Assembly (NCBI GenBank): GCA_947623555.1
Contig: CANQGW010000004.1
Coordinates: 259-64,258 of the forward strand
Length of the DNA: 64,000 nucleotides
From: an uncultured Clostridia bacterium
GTDB lineage: Bacteria; Bacillota; Clostridia; TANB77; CAG-508
Direction: 5' to 3'
In this document: one piece after another, positions 30,852 through 42,140 of the stretch
Layout of the letters: each line of letters opens with the position of its first letter
Position numbering within the stretch: position 1 is the first letter of the stretch
Position numbers and translations under genes: made by a program
Notes under the pieces: model-generated
The model's database searches: none
What the model was told of the DNA's origin: nothing
Seen by the model: only the letters and a program-made list of their open reading frames with translations

Positions 30852-31962
30852 TTATTTATTTTTCATAATATATTTTAAATAACTATCTATAAAACCATTT
30901 AAATCTCCGTCCATTACTCCTTGCACATTTCCAACCTCATAATTAGTTCTATGGTCTTTTACGAGCATATATGGGCAAAATACATAAGAACGTATTTGGC
31001 TACCCCATGCAATGTCCATTTGTATACCTTTTAATTCATCTATAGTTTCTTTTTGTTCTTTTTCCTTTAAATTAAGTAATTTTGATTTTAACATTCTCAT
31101 TGCAGTTTCTCTGTTTTGAATTTGAGAACGTTCTGACTGACAGCTAACTACAATGTTTGTTGGAATATGTGTAATTCTAACTGCAGAAGAAGTTTTATTT
31201 ATATGTTGGCCACCTGCTCCAGAAGCACGATAAGTATCTATTCTTAAATCATCTGGATTTATATCAATTTCAACATCTTCAGTAATTTCTGGAAGAACTT
31301 CAATAGAAGCAAATGACGTATGCCTTCTTCCCCCTGCATCAAAAGGTGAAATTCGCACTAGTCTATGTACACCCATTTCTCCTTTTAAATATCCATAGGC
31401 AAATTCCCCCATTACAGAAAATGTTACACTTTTTAAGCCAGCTTCTTCTCCCTCTAAATAATCTAGCTCTTTTAACTCATAGCCATTTGCATTTGCCCAT
31501 CTACAATACATTCTATATAGCATTTCAGCCCAGTCTTGAGCCTCTGTTCCACCAGCTCCTGGGTGAATGGTTAAAATTGCATTATTATTATCATATTTTC
31601 CAGATAACAGTGTAGTAATTTCTAGTTTATCAATATCACTTGATATTTTAGAAGTTGTTTTTAAAACTTCTTTAGCAAGCTCTGTATCTGGCTCTGTATT
31701 TAAAAGTTCAGACATTTCTATTACATTAGTAAGTTCTGCTTCAATTTTAGAATAATGATCTATTTTGTTTTTTAATGTACTTATTTTTTTTAAAGTATTA
31801 GAACTATTTTTACCATCAAGCCAAAAATCTTGATTTTGTGTTTGGTTTTCTAAAGATTTAAGTTCCACTTTTAATTTTGAAATGTCAAAGTGAATCACCT
31901 ATTTGTTTTAACTTTTGGTTTAGTTCTTGCAAAAGTTTAGTATTCTCTTCTAATTCTAACAT
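30852..31962 (-). CDS. prfB: Peptide chain release factor 2 with the canonical programmed +1 frameshift
   Basis: Frame 0 reads MLELEENTKLLQELNQKLKQIGDSL, then TGA. The +1 frame continues DISKLKVELKSLE...GAGGQHINKTSSAVRITH (GGQ motif). Confidence 0.95.
31884..31890 (-). other. RF2 autoregulatory recoding site CTT-TGA-C
   Basis: CTT TGA C at codons 25/26, preceded by the SD-like GGTGA 4 nt upstream. This is the classical prfB shift site. Confidence 0.9.
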
Positions 31963-31983
31963 TTTTCAACTCCTTATTAAATA

Positions 31984-33150
31984 TTATTTTAAAATTGCTT
32001 CTGCTAATTCATTTAATTTTTCTATATCTATATTCTTAAGTGTTGATCTTATTGTGATAACTGGCTCTAGTATTTCAACATTTTTCATGGTAGAAAGTAT
32101 TTCTTTCATACATTTAGCAGAGTTTGGAGCCCATGTTCCATTTTCAATAATTCCTACTTTTCTATTTTGATAGTTCTTTTCTTTTAAATCTAATAATAAA
32201 TTCCTCATTGGAGAGAAAATTTCCATATTATAAGTTGATGAGGCAAATATAACTTTTCCATATTTAAAACAGTCTTCTACTGCTTCTGCAAAATCCTCTT
32301 TTGATAAATCTGCAAGTACTACTTTACTAGCACCTTTTTCCTCTAAAATTTCTTTCAATTTCTCGCAAGCATTAAAAGTGTTTCCATGAATAGAAGCACA
32401 AGCAATATATATTCCTTCACTTTCCACTTCATATTTGCTCCAAATATCGTATTTTTCAATATAATGTGATAAATTTTCTTTTAAAATTGGACCATGTAAA
32501 GGGCAAATTTTTTGTATGTCTAGTGAACTTACTTTTTTTAATAGAGATTGAACTTGCACTCCATATTTTCCTACGATATTAAAGTAATACCTTCTTGCTT
32601 CACAATCCCAGTCTTCTTCTGTATCTAATGCGCCAAATTTTCCAAATGCGTCTGCTGAAAATAATATTTTTTCATGTTCTTCATATTCCATCATTACTTC
32701 AGGCCAATGTATCATAGGAGCCATAATAAAATGTAATTTATGTTTTCCTAAATCTAATATATCACCATCTTTTACTTCAATTTTTCGTTCTTCTAAATTT
32801 GGAATGTCAAAAAATTGTGGTAAAAAAGCAAAAGTTTTATTATTACCTACTAGCTTTATATGAGGATATTTATCTACTATTGTTCTAATGTTATATGCAT
32901 GGTCTGGCTCTAGATGTGAAATAATTAGGTAGTCAGGTAATCTTGCATTTAAAACTTTGTCTAAATTTTCTAGCCATTCATCTGTTTTTCTTTTGTCAAT
33001 TGTATCAAGAATAGCTATTTTTTCATCAATGATTAAATATGAATTATATGAAATACCATTGGGAACCTTGTATTGATTTTCGAATAATTCTATATCTTTA
33101 TCATCTGCTCCTATGTATTTAATATTTTCTGAAATTACTATATCTTTCAT
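31984..33150 (-). CDS. FprA-family A-type flavoprotein (flavodiiron protein: metallo-beta-lactamase fold plus flavodoxin domain)
   Basis: Di-iron motif SHLEPDH, and a C-terminal flavodoxin-like IYIACASIHGNT. Confidence 0.8.
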   Translation of the reverse strand: MKDIVISENIKYIGADDKDIELFENQYKVPNGISYNSYLIIDEKIAILDTIDKRKTDEWLENLDKVLNARLPDYLIISHLEPDHAYNIRTIVDKYPHIKLVGNNKTFAFLPQFFDIPNLEERKIEVKDGDILDLGKHKLHFIMAPMIHWPEVMMEYEEHEKILFSADAFGKFGALDTEEDWDCEARRYYFNIVGKYGVQVQSLLKKVSSLDIQKICPLHGPILKENLSHYIEKYDIWSKYEVESEGIYIACASIHGNTFNACEKLKEILEEKGASKVVLADLSKEDFAEAVEDCFKYGKVIFASSTYNMEIFSPMRNLLLDLKEKNYQNRKVGIIENGTWAPNSAKCMKEILSTMKNVEILEPVITIRSTLKNIDIEKLNELAEAILK

Positions 33151-33512
33151 TTTCCAAAACCTTTCAAAAATAAATTTTTTTATTTATAAAGCACAATTTA
33201 TTACTATTATATTTGCTAATAAATTAATTGTCAATTGATTTTAAAGTCTGTTTTATAAATTTCAAATATTAAAGAAGCTATGTTTTCATAGCTCCTTTTT
33301 CTTACTTTTACCTTTAATTATTTTCCTATGAATACTTGCGCCGTAGCTTTTAAAAATTTTTTTCTTTTCATAGTAATTACTTTCATAATATACTCCTTTT
33401 ATTTTCTTTATTTAAGTATATTATGCTTGGAATGTCCTATATACCAACAATTAAAAACGAAGGCAGTAGCATACTTAATATATACTTAACTTCAATTGTA
33501 ATACTACAATAT

Positions 33513-36263
33513 TTATGCATTTCTTCCATGACAATTCTTATATTTCTTACCACTTCCACATGGGCATGGGTCATTTCTTCCCACCTTTGGTTGTGTATTT
33601 ACAATAGGTGTATTTCCAGTAGATTTTCTTGGAGTAGCGCTATTTCCATCATCAATATTAGAATTGTCAAACCCCTCTCCTGTAATTTTTATGTTAGTAG
33701 TTCTTTGCATGTTGTTTTCTCTTTTTCTTGCATTCATTAAGAATTTTACTACATCTGTTTTAATGTCTAAAATCATTTGGTCAAACATATCAGCACCCTC
33801 TATTCTGTACTGAACAACTGGATCCTTTTGACCATAAGCACGAAGACCAATACCATCTTTTAATTCGTCCATTCCATCTATATGGTCCATCCATCTCTCA
33901 TCTACAATTTTTAACATAATAACTCTTTCAAGTTCTCTCATGTTAGCTTCGCCAATATCTTGTTCTTTTTCCTCATAAATTTTGTGAGCTTTTTCTGTTA
34001 GTTCTTCTATAACATTCTCTACCCTAATTTTACTGTCTTTTATAGAATCTAAATGTGTAATTCCAAAATTAACTTGAACATCTTGCATAAAAGCTTCTAC
34101 ATTAGGTTTTTCTACATCTAACAAATACTCGTTTACAGTTTCTTCTGCTAATGAATCTACCATTTTTAAAATATAGTCTTTTAGGTTTTCTCCGTTTAAC
34201 ACTTTTCTTCTTTCATCATATATAATGCCTCTTTGAACATTCATAACATCATCATATTGAAGTACATTTTTACGGATACTAAAGTTTCTACCCTCTACCT
34301 TCTTTTGTGCAGATTCAACAGCATTTGAAAGAATTTTAGCTTGCAAAGGCATATTTTCATCAGCACCTAGTGTGTTATATACTTTGGTTATAGAATCTCC
34401 GCCAAATATTTTCATTAAGTCATCATCTAAACCAATAAAGAATATAGATTCTCCTGGGTCACCTTGACGACCACTACGTCCACGAAGCTGATTATCAATT
34501 CTTCTTGACTCATGTCTCTCTGTACCAATTATTTTAAGTCCACCTGCATCAATTACTTTTTGCTTTTCTTCCTTTATTTGTTTATCATATTTTTCTTCAT
34601 ATTCTTTAAATTTCTTTCTTAAATTTAATATGTTTTGGTCATCTGTTTCGTTAAATGCAGTAGCTTGGTCTATTTCTTCTTCAGTATGACCTTGCTTTCT
34701 CATTTCTTCTTTAGCTAAATATTCGCTGTTACCACCAAGCATAATATCAGTACCACGACCAGCCATGTTAGTAGCAATTGTAACTGCTCCATATTTACCT
34801 GCTTGGGCAATAATTTGAGCCTCTTTTTCATGAAATTTAGCATTTAAAACTTCATGCTTAATTCCTTCTTTTTTTAACATATTGCTTAAAATTTCAGACT
34901 TTTCAATAGATACAGTACCTACTAAAACTGGTTGACCTTTTTCATGACTTTCTTTAATTTCCCTTATTACTGCTCTAAATTTAGCAGCTTCATTTTTGTA
35001 AATAATGTCTGGATGGTCTGTACGTATCATTTCTTTATTTGTTGGTATTTCAATTACATCTAACTTATATATTTCTTCAAATTCTGCCTCTTCTGTCATT
35101 GCAGTACCTGTCATACCTGCAAGTTTGCCATACATTCTAAAATAATTTTGGAATGTAATAGTTGCTAATGTTTTTGATTCATCTGCTATTTTTACATGCT
35201 CTTTTGCTTCAATTGCTTGATGTAAACCGTTGTTATATCTTCTTCCATACATAATTCTTCCTGTAAATTCATCAACAATTAAAACTTCTCCATCTTTAAC
35301 AATATAATCAATATCTTTTTTCATAATGCCATGTGCACGAAGTGCTTGATTAACATTATGAACTAATTCTGAATTTTCAATATCATTAAAGTTTTCTAAT
35401 CCAAATTCTTGCTCTGCCTTTTTTATACCTTTTTGAGTTAAAGAAGCTGACTTTGCTTTTAAGTCTACTATATAATCATAATTCTCATTATCTTCTGCTT
35501 GTTCTTCGTTTTTAACATCTTCTTCTACTATTATTTTAGGTGTTAATCTTCTTACAAAATTATCAGCTTTTTTGTATAAATCTGAAGACTGTGCTCCCCT
35601 TCCTGATATAATAAGTGGAGTACGTGCTTCATCTATTAAAATACTATCAATTTCGTCTACTATAACATAGTTTAGTTCTCTTTGTACCAACTGCTCTTTA
35701 TAAATTACCATATTATCTCTTAAATAATCAAAACCAAATTCATTGTTAGTACCATAAGTAACATCACAACTATATGCGTTTCTTTTAGCATCTGGTTCCA
35801 TACCTGCTATTACTAAACCTACTGTTAAGCCTAAAAACTTATATACTTTTCCCATCCATTCACTATCTCTTTTGGCTAAATAGTCGTTTACTGTAACAAC
35901 ATGTACTCCTTTACCTGTTAATGCGTTTAAATAAACAGGAAGTGTAGCAACTAATGTTTTTCCTTCACCTGTTTTCATTTCGGCAATTCTACCTTGATGT
36001 AACACAATTCCACCAATTAATTGCACATCAAAATGCCTCATACCTAATACCCTTTTAGAAGCCTCCCTTACAACAGCAAAAGCCTCTGGAAGAATATCAT
36101 CAAGTGTTTTCCCCTCTGCAAGTTTAGCTTTAAAATAATCTGTTTTATTTCTTAATTCCACATCAGTTAATTTTTGCATTTCTGGCTCTAATGAGTTAAT
36201 TTTTTCAACTAATGGTTTTATTCTTTTTACTTCTTTTTCACTATATGTTTTAAATAATCCCAT
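33513..36263 (-). CDS. secA: Preprotein translocase ATPase SecA
   Basis: [42 protein letters not shown], and the C-terminal zinc motif [14 protein letters not shown]. Confidence 0.97.
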   Translation of the reverse strand: MGLFKTYSEKEVKRIKPLVEKINSLEPEMQKLTDVELRNKTDYFKAKLAEGKTLDDILPEAFAVVREASKRVLGMRHFDVQLIGGIVLHQGRIAEMKTGEGKTLVATLPVYLNALTGKGVHVVTVNDYLAKRDSEWMGKVYKFLGLTVGLVIAGMEPDAKRNAYSCDVTYGTNNEFGFDYLRDNMVIYKEQLVQRELNYVIVDEIDSILIDEARTPLIISGRGAQSSDLYKKADNFVRRLTPKIIVEEDVKNEEQAEDNENYDYIVDLKAKSASLTQKGIKKAEQEFGLENFNDIENSELVHNVNQALRAHGIMKKDIDYIVKDGEVLIVDEFTGRIMYGRRYNNGLHQAIEAKEHVKIADESKTLATITFQNYFRMYGKLAGMTGTAMTEEAEFEEIYKLDVIEIPTNKEMIRTDHPDIIYKNEAAKFRAVIREIKESHEKGQPVLVGTVSIEKSEILSNMLKKEGIKHEVLNAKFHEKEAQIIAQAGKYGAVTIATNMAGRGTDIMLGGNSEYLAKEEMRKQGHTEEEIDQATAFNETDDQNILNLRKKFKEYEEKYDKQIKEEKQKVIDAGGLKIIGTERHESRRIDNQLRGRSGRQGDPGESIFFIGLDDDLMKIFGGDSITKVYNTLGADENMPLQAKILSNAVESAQKKVEGRNFSIRKNVLQYDDVMNVQRGIIYDERRKVLNGENLKDYILKMVDSLAEETVNEYLLDVEKPNVEAFMQDVQVNFGITHLDSIKDSKIRVENVIEELTEKAHKIYEEKEQDIGEANMRELERVIMLKIVDERWMDHIDGMDELKDGIGLRAYGQKDPVVQYRIEGADMFDQMILDIKTDVVKFLMNARKRENNMQRTTNIKITGEGFDNSNIDDGNSATPRKSTGNTPIVNTQPKVGRNDPCPCGSGKKYKNCHGRNA

Positions 36264-36419
36264 ATCTTCGTTTTCCTTCCTAAATTTATAAAAATTAATG
36301 TCTACTATACTATAACACTTTTACCTAAAAATCGCAAGGAAAATATAATAATATTTAGGAATATAACTTATGTTTTCCTCATACATTTAACTAAAGGTTT
36401 GGTTAAAGGATGGTAACTT

Positions 36420-36962
36420 ATGTTTATTTATAATTTTAAAGTAGATGGGAACAAATTAGGGAAAATATTTTTAGGAATTTTATTTGCAATTATTATAATT
36501 ATTACAGTTTTTGTATGTTATAAAATCTTATGCAATAATTCTTTTCAAACTCAAGATTCAATTAATAAAAAAGATATTTATGAAATAACATCTACTAATT
36601 ATACTAATATACTTAAAAGTGTACATGATAATGTAGATGAATATGTGGGCCAAAAAATTAAATTTTCTGGATATGTATATAGAATGTTCGATTTTTCGCA
36701 AAGCCAGTTTGTATTAGCTAGAAAAATGGTTATTTCTTCTGATTTTCAAACTGTTGTAGTTGGTTTTTTATGTGATTATGATAGTGCTTCAAATTATGAA
36801 AATGACTGTTGGGTTGAAATTGAAGGAACAATTGCAAAAGGTGATTATCATGGAGAAATACCTATTATAAAGGTTGAAAAAATTGAAAAAATAGAAAAGC
36901 CAAATGATGAATATGTATATCCACCAGATGACTCTTTTGTAAGTACTTCTACAATTTTATAA
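36420..36962 (+). CDS. DUF1980/TIGR03943-like membrane-anchored protein (no partner permease in the window)
   Basis: N-terminal TM segment. The C-terminal half, YVGQKIKFSGYVYR...FVLARKMVISS...GFLCDYD...WVEIEGTI...PIIKVEKIEKIEKP, resembles the TIGR03943 C-terminal domain. Confidence 0.45.
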   Translation: MFIYNFKVDGNKLGKIFLGILFAIIIIITVFVCYKILCNNSFQTQDSINKKDIYEITSTNYTNILKSVHDNVDEYVGQKIKFSGYVYRMFDFSQSQFVLARKMVISSDFQTVVVGFLCDYDSASNYENDCWVEIEGTIAKGDYHGEIPIIKVEKIEKIEKPNDEYVYPPDDSFVSTSTIL

Positions 36963-37070
36963 ATATAAAAAATTTCTTTAGGTATATACCTTAAAGAAAT
37001 TTTTTTGTTTTAAATATATTATTTTAAATTCTTCTGTAAGAAAGCAACTTTTCTTTTTTAGTCCATTTTG

Positions 37071-38165
37071 TTATCTTTCAAATATTGATTTAACTACTCC
37101 CTTATCAATAAATGTAGCAAAAATATTTTTCAATATAATTAATATAATAGGTCCAATAATCATCCCTAATACACCAATAAATTTAAAACCTGTATACATT
37201 GAAATTAATGTAAATATTGGATGTATTCCAATATTGCCACTTACAATTCTTGGCTCTAAACATTGCCTTACTACTGACATAATAGCCCATAATACTAAAA
37301 TAGCAACAGCTAAATTAAAATCTCCACTGCATGCTGTTAAAATAGCCCATGGTATCATAAAGGTTCCAGAACCGAATATTGGAAGTAAATCAACAAAACC
37401 AATAATTAATGCCATTAAAAGTGGATATTGAATATTAAACCCCGCAAAATGAAAAATATATAAACCAATTAAACAAATAATAAAGGATATTCCAACCAAT
37501 GTAAGTTCTGCTTTTAAATATCCACCTAGTATTTTAACAATTTCCTTTAAGTGAATACCAATTTTTTTTACCCATCTTTTTGGAAGATGATGTTCTAATT
37601 GATCTATCATATATACTTTATCAACACAAATAAAGTATAAAGATAAAAGTGCAACCACAGCATATACACCTATTGTTGGCACAGATGTGAGAAAATTTAT
37701 AGCGTTTGTTAAAACATTTTTTACCCATTCTGTTAATGTGCCTAAAAAATCCATTGCAGAATTTTGTAATGCTGTCATTATTGTTTCTGGAATATGAAAA
37801 TTACTAAAATCAAATTTGTTAAGCAAATTTTGAAATATTTCATACCCTTTTTCAAAATAAATATTCAAACTTGTTAATAAATTAGAAGCTTCAGAAACAA
37901 GTGTAATTCCTGCCCAAACTACTAACCCTACTATTATAATTATTGCAGTTACAAATACAATAATAGAGCTGGTTTTTCTTCTTAACTTTGTTTTTCTCAT
38001 AATAAATCTGATACAAGGCTCTAATATTAATGAAATTATAAAAGCAATTAAAAATGGAATATAAAAAATGGCTAGTTTAAAGCCTAAATAAACACATATT
38101 AAAGTTAAAGCAAGTATTACAACATTTTTAATTACTTTTCCCCAATAGTTCATGTCAATTATCAT
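37071..38165 (-). CDS. AI-2E family transporter (YtvI-like sporulation integral membrane protein)
   Basis: Polytopic membrane protein with the conserved C-terminal LLPIFGSGTFMIPWA...EPRIVSGNIGIHPIFTLISMYTG. Confidence 0.75.
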   Translation of the reverse strand: MIIDMNYWGKVIKNVVILALTLICVYLGFKLAIFYIPFLIAFIISLILEPCIRFIMRKTKLRRKTSSIIVFVTAIIIIVGLVVWAGITLVSEASNLLTSLNIYFEKGYEIFQNLLNKFDFSNFHIPETIMTALQNSAMDFLGTLTEWVKNVLTNAINFLTSVPTIGVYAVVALLSLYFICVDKVYMIDQLEHHLPKRWVKKIGIHLKEIVKILGGYLKAELTLVGISFIICLIGLYIFHFAGFNIQYPLLMALIIGFVDLLPIFGSGTFMIPWAILTACSGDFNLAVAILVLWAIMSVVRQCLEPRIVSGNIGIHPIFTLISMYTGFKFIGVLGMIIGPIILIILKNIFATFIDKGVVKSIFER

Positions 38166-38254
38166 TATAACTTTATTCCTTTTTAATTTATGTATATGTC
38201 AATTCCCCCTGATTAATGTTAAATCAGAAGGAATTAGCATTTAGCCTTAAGTCG

Positions 38255-38692
38255 CTATTCAGCGTTTTTTTCTTTACATCCACAAATGTTGTTTAAAGTA
38301 TTAGTTACTCCAGTATCTTCTACCCAAGTATTAGCTGATAAATCTCCTAATGTTAATATACCAACTATTTTGTTATTATCTATTATAGGAATTCTTTTTA
38401 CTTGATTTTTAGACATTAAATCTTCTGCTTCTGTAATGTCTGCATCAGATGTACAAGTACATACATTGCAAGTCATTATTTCGCTAACAGGAGTAGTATT
38501 TACGTCTTTGTTACAAGCAATTGCCCTTAAGATAATATCACGGTCAGTTACTAAACCTACCACATTTTGTGTATCATCACATATAGGAACACATCCTATG
38601 TGTTTGTTAGACATAAGTGTAGCACAGTCTTTAACTGTCTTATCAGGAGTCATACAACATACTTCATCACACATACATTCTTTTACTTTCAT
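38255..38692 (-). CDS. CBS domain pair protein
   Basis: Two CBS repeats: VKDCATLMSNKHIGCVPI...VGLVTDRDI and ITEAEDLMSKNQVKRIPI...VGILTLGDL. Confidence 0.85.
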   Translation of the reverse strand: MKVKECMCDEVCCMTPDKTVKDCATLMSNKHIGCVPICDDTQNVVGLVTDRDIILRAIACNKDVNTTPVSEIMTCNVCTCTSDADITEAEDLMSKNQVKRIPIIDNNKIVGILTLGDLSANTWVEDTGVTNTLNNICGCKEKNAE

Positions 38693-38858
38693 AATCTTTC
38701 CTACCTTTCTAATTATGAAATATTCAAATATTTATATTATTTCTTAAATAACTAATTTTTCATTTAAAAATGACTAAAAATAAATAAATACAAATATTGA
38801 ACATTATTATTTTAAACAAAAAAATAAAAAGATATGCATGTATTTTTTTCATATCTTT

Positions 38859-39629
38859 TTATTTTAATTTTTTTGCTACTACTACCATTCTGCCATTTTG
38901 TTGTGAGTACTCGCACGTAACTAATGTTATTAATTGCTCTCCAAACTGTGCTTGTTTTTCAGTATCATAAAATTGTATTTTTTTACAATTATTTATATAT
39001 TCATTATATTGTTCTTCGTTTTCAAAATTATAATATTTATAAAACCTAAATACATTTTTTTCGTCTTGATAAAATACTCTTGATTTAAATGCCACTATTA
39101 TTTCATATTCTGCTTCGCTTTCATCTGTTGTTATTTTTACAATAGGATGTTTTTGGTAAAAATCTTTTTTCTCATATTTCCATAAATCAGCGAACATTGT
39201 TCCATTTTTCATATAGTGACCATAAATTATTACATTTGAATTTTGATTTTTTATATTACAATTGTTATTTATAAAAATACTACCAGAACTTGCATATTGT
39301 TTTTTATAATTGTGTGTTAAATAATAATCATTGTCATTTGCTTGCAATAGTGGATAGTTAATATTTGTTCCTTCAATTTGTATCCACGCTTTAACATCTG
39401 AATTTTCTTGTTGCATTTTTTTAATTTTGTCTATAACTGCATTATTTATTGGTGGTGCTTCTTCTGTTTTTTCTTCTGATATAACTTCTTGCCTTATTTC
39501 TTCATATACTTGTTCATCTTTGTTTAAATTTAAAAAATATATTATTAAATAAGTAATTGCAGATATTAAGCTTACAGAAAAAATAACAGCTAATGTTATT
39601 TTTATTTTTTTACTTTTGCTTTTTTTCAT
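38859..39629 (-). CDS. srtB: Class B sortase
   Basis: N-terminal TM segment, then WIQIEGTNINYPLLQANDNDYYLTHN, IIYGHYMKNGTMFADL, LITLVTCEY and a C-terminal R in GRMVVVA. Confidence 0.85.
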   Translation of the reverse strand: MKKSKSKKIKITLAVIFSVSLISAITYLIIYFLNLNKDEQVYEEIRQEVISEEKTEEAPPINNAVIDKIKKMQQENSDVKAWIQIEGTNINYPLLQANDNDYYLTHNYKKQYASSGSIFINNNCNIKNQNSNVIIYGHYMKNGTMFADLWKYEKKDFYQKHPIVKITTDESEAEYEIIVAFKSRVFYQDEKNVFRFYKYYNFENEEQYNEYINNCKKIQFYDTEKQAQFGEQLITLVTCEYSQQNGRMVVVAKKLK

Positions 39630-39731
39630 TTATTTTAATTTCCTTTTAAATCTAAAAAATTTTTAAAAGCTAATACCCTAGAACTATATATATTCTATCA
39701 TAATTCTAGGGTATTATTATTGCAATATTTT

Positions 39732-41159
39732 TTATTTTTTAAACTTTAATACTGCTAGTCCTGCAATTGAGATAAAAGTAACTACACTTGCAAATCCTAC
39801 TGTGTAATCTGTAACACCTGTTTTAGGTTCATCATCTAGCACTCTGTCACTACTACTATTATTAGTATTAGTGTTAGTGTTATTTGCCTTGCCTTCTAAA
39901 ACTACCATAAATGGTGAAAGTTCATTTACAGTTACTGTTACTTTTCCATCTTTTACTGTTTGTATAAATTGTTCATAAGTTCCATTGCTCTTTTTATGAA
40001 TTACAATAGCCTTTTTTCCATTATTGCTTGTGCCTAAATTAAATTGAACGTTTAAGCCATCTTTTCCAATTGTACCACTAATTAGTTTTAATTCATAAGC
40101 TCCAAATGCATTACCATAACCATTTTCTTGTGCTTTGTTTAGTAATTCTGTATATGTAGAATTACTTTTTTCAATATTTGTAGCTGTAACTTTTAAACCT
40201 GTTTGTTCTTTTACAAGTACATTTTCTACAATATCAACGTATTTAGCTTTTCTTAACACCCAACGTTTTTGAGTACTATCCATTCCTCCACCATACCCGC
40301 AGAAGAATCCGTAATCGTCATAATAGGTACCATTTGTCCTTAATTCAAATAGTTGTTCTCGATCTTCTTTCGCAATACCAGAATTTTCCGATTTCGCATA
40401 AGCAAGAAAAGCCTCGTCTGAATCTTCGATTTCATCAGGCACTAAAATAAGTTTCGCAGTTACACGATTAACTTTTTTTCCTCCATAATATACATTATCT
40501 TTAAAAACGTAAATATAGTATTCTGTCTCGTCTACTGTTCTGTCCATAGCTCCTGAACTTGACGTATGTACCTTAACTGTTAAACTATCGTCATTTATTA
40601 TTTCTTCTGCATATTTTTTTGCATCAAATTTGCTAGGACCATTCTCACCATATTCTTCGTATAAATTTTCCAAGTTTTTTAATTTATTTTGTACATATTG
40701 TCCTTCTTTACTATCATATTGGTTACTATTTTTATATTGTATTGTTATTTCTTTTTCAGCAAGAATAACCCTATTATAATTTTCGTCTAGCTTATAGATT
40801 GTGATTTTACATTTTCTCATATCTTCACCATCAATCGTTCTCCTTTGTAAATCATTAATTAAAGAAAAATCTAATGAATAGAGATTAACATTATTATTAT
40901 CCATAATTGTGTCAATTTGTTCATCTAGTAAATCTTCATTTGTGCACCCAAAATTAGTTTCCCAATTAGATGCTTCTGATTCTAAAATGTCAAGATAGAT
41001 TGTGTCTGGTATAAGATCTAATATTTCTTGTGGATCTGTTATTGCTGAACCAGATTCCTCTGGTGTTACTTCTGTTGCATTAACTGTTTTTATATTGAAT
41101 ATGCAACTTGCTATTAGTAATATAGTAATTACTAATAAAATTTTAAATTTTGTTTTCAT
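39732..41159 (-). CDS. Cell-wall-anchored surface protein, the presumed SrtB substrate
   Basis: Signal peptide MKTKFKILLVITILLIASCIFNIKTVNA. C-terminal sorting signal EPKTG, then a hydrophobic stretch and KFKK. Confidence 0.75.
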   Translation of the reverse strand: MKTKFKILLVITILLIASCIFNIKTVNATEVTPEESGSAITDPQEILDLIPDTIYLDILESEASNWETNFGCTNEDLLDEQIDTIMDNNNVNLYSLDFSLINDLQRRTIDGEDMRKCKITIYKLDENYNRVILAEKEITIQYKNSNQYDSKEGQYVQNKLKNLENLYEEYGENGPSKFDAKKYAEEIINDDSLTVKVHTSSSGAMDRTVDETEYYIYVFKDNVYYGGKKVNRVTAKLILVPDEIEDSDEAFLAYAKSENSGIAKEDREQLFELRTNGTYYDDYGFFCGYGGGMDSTQKRWVLRKAKYVDIVENVLVKEQTGLKVTATNIEKSNSTYTELLNKAQENGYGNAFGAYELKLISGTIGKDGLNVQFNLGTSNNGKKAIVIHKKSNGTYEQFIQTVKDGKVTVTVNELSPFMVVLEGKANNTNTNTNNSSSDRVLDDEPKTGVTDYTVGFASVVTFISIAGLAVLKFKK

Positions 41160-41401
41160 TTTTATGAAACTCCTCCCTTTTTATTAAAATTAAAGTTATA
41201 TTAATTATATTTTTACATATTTTGCTATTTTTAATAAAATAGCATATAACTTTACCACCTCCTAGAATTTTCGAGATTTCATTTTGCTACCAATTTTCTA
41301 TTTATCTTTGCTTGCACTATTATATCAAAATATATTTTAATTGTTAATATTTTTTACAAAAATTTCTATTGTTTTTTTGCTATTTTTTTAACTTAACACT
41401 T

Positions 41402-41438
41402 AAAAACAGATTTTTTAAATTAATAAAAAATCTGTTTT
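41402..41438. terminator. Bidirectional A/T-flanked hairpin
   Basis: AAAAACAGATTTTTT-aaattaat-AAAAAATCTGTTTTT. Confidence 0.55.
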
Positions 41439-41451
41439 TACATTTTTAATA

Positions 41452-42061
41452 TTAAAACCTCAAATAATCTGGATAATTTCTAGGTACCTGTGGTGGACGT
41501 GGCGGTGGCATACCTGGTGCTCCTCCTGGGTAAGGTGGGCGTGGTGGCCTTACAGGTGGCCTATTATTTCCCAACAATTGTTTTAAAATTAAAATTTTAA
41601 TTAAATCCCTTAAAGTAGAATTATTGTTTCTTCTTTCTGAAGTTTCTCTTGTTTCTTCTAGCTTTCTAGGTGTTCTATCAGTTCTTGTTTCTAATTTTCT
41701 TGTATTATTATATGTATTATTTTTATTGGTTTCTTCTTTTTTAGTTTCAATTCTTACATTTACAATAGTATCTTCAGTATTCACTGCATTATATACTTCG
41801 TCCGTCATTTTTTCTATTAGTTCTTTTGTAAACGGACCGTTTAGCTTGCTCGCACACTTTGCACACCATTGGGTTTACTACACTATAAATTTGTGGGTAA
41901 AATTCATTTGCCTCTTCTTCTGTAAAAACATTTACACTTTCGTTTCTAAAATATGTATCATCATATGCTTCGCTTTGTCTATAATTTTCATAAATATTAG
42001 GATTATTAGGAGAATAACCTAATACTTGGCGCATGTAGTCTTCGTAGTTTTGATAATCCAT
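41452..42061 (-). CDS. Hypothetical protein with a Pro-rich C-terminus, interrupted by a +1 frame change at in-frame CGG 41839-41837
   Basis: RBS AAGGAGG precedes MDYQNYEDYMRQVLGY...NPMVCKVCEQAK, which is followed by CGG-T. The +1 frame reads GPFTKELIEKMTDEVYNAV...RPPRPPYPGGAPGMPPPRPP and joins the two track ORFs 41789-42124 and 41452-41808. Confidence 0.65.
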
Positions 42062-42140
42062 ATGATACCTCCTTTTGCTTTTATAATATGCATGTGTTGC
42101 ATCATATGTTACTAATTTAGTCAATAATATTAATTAAACT

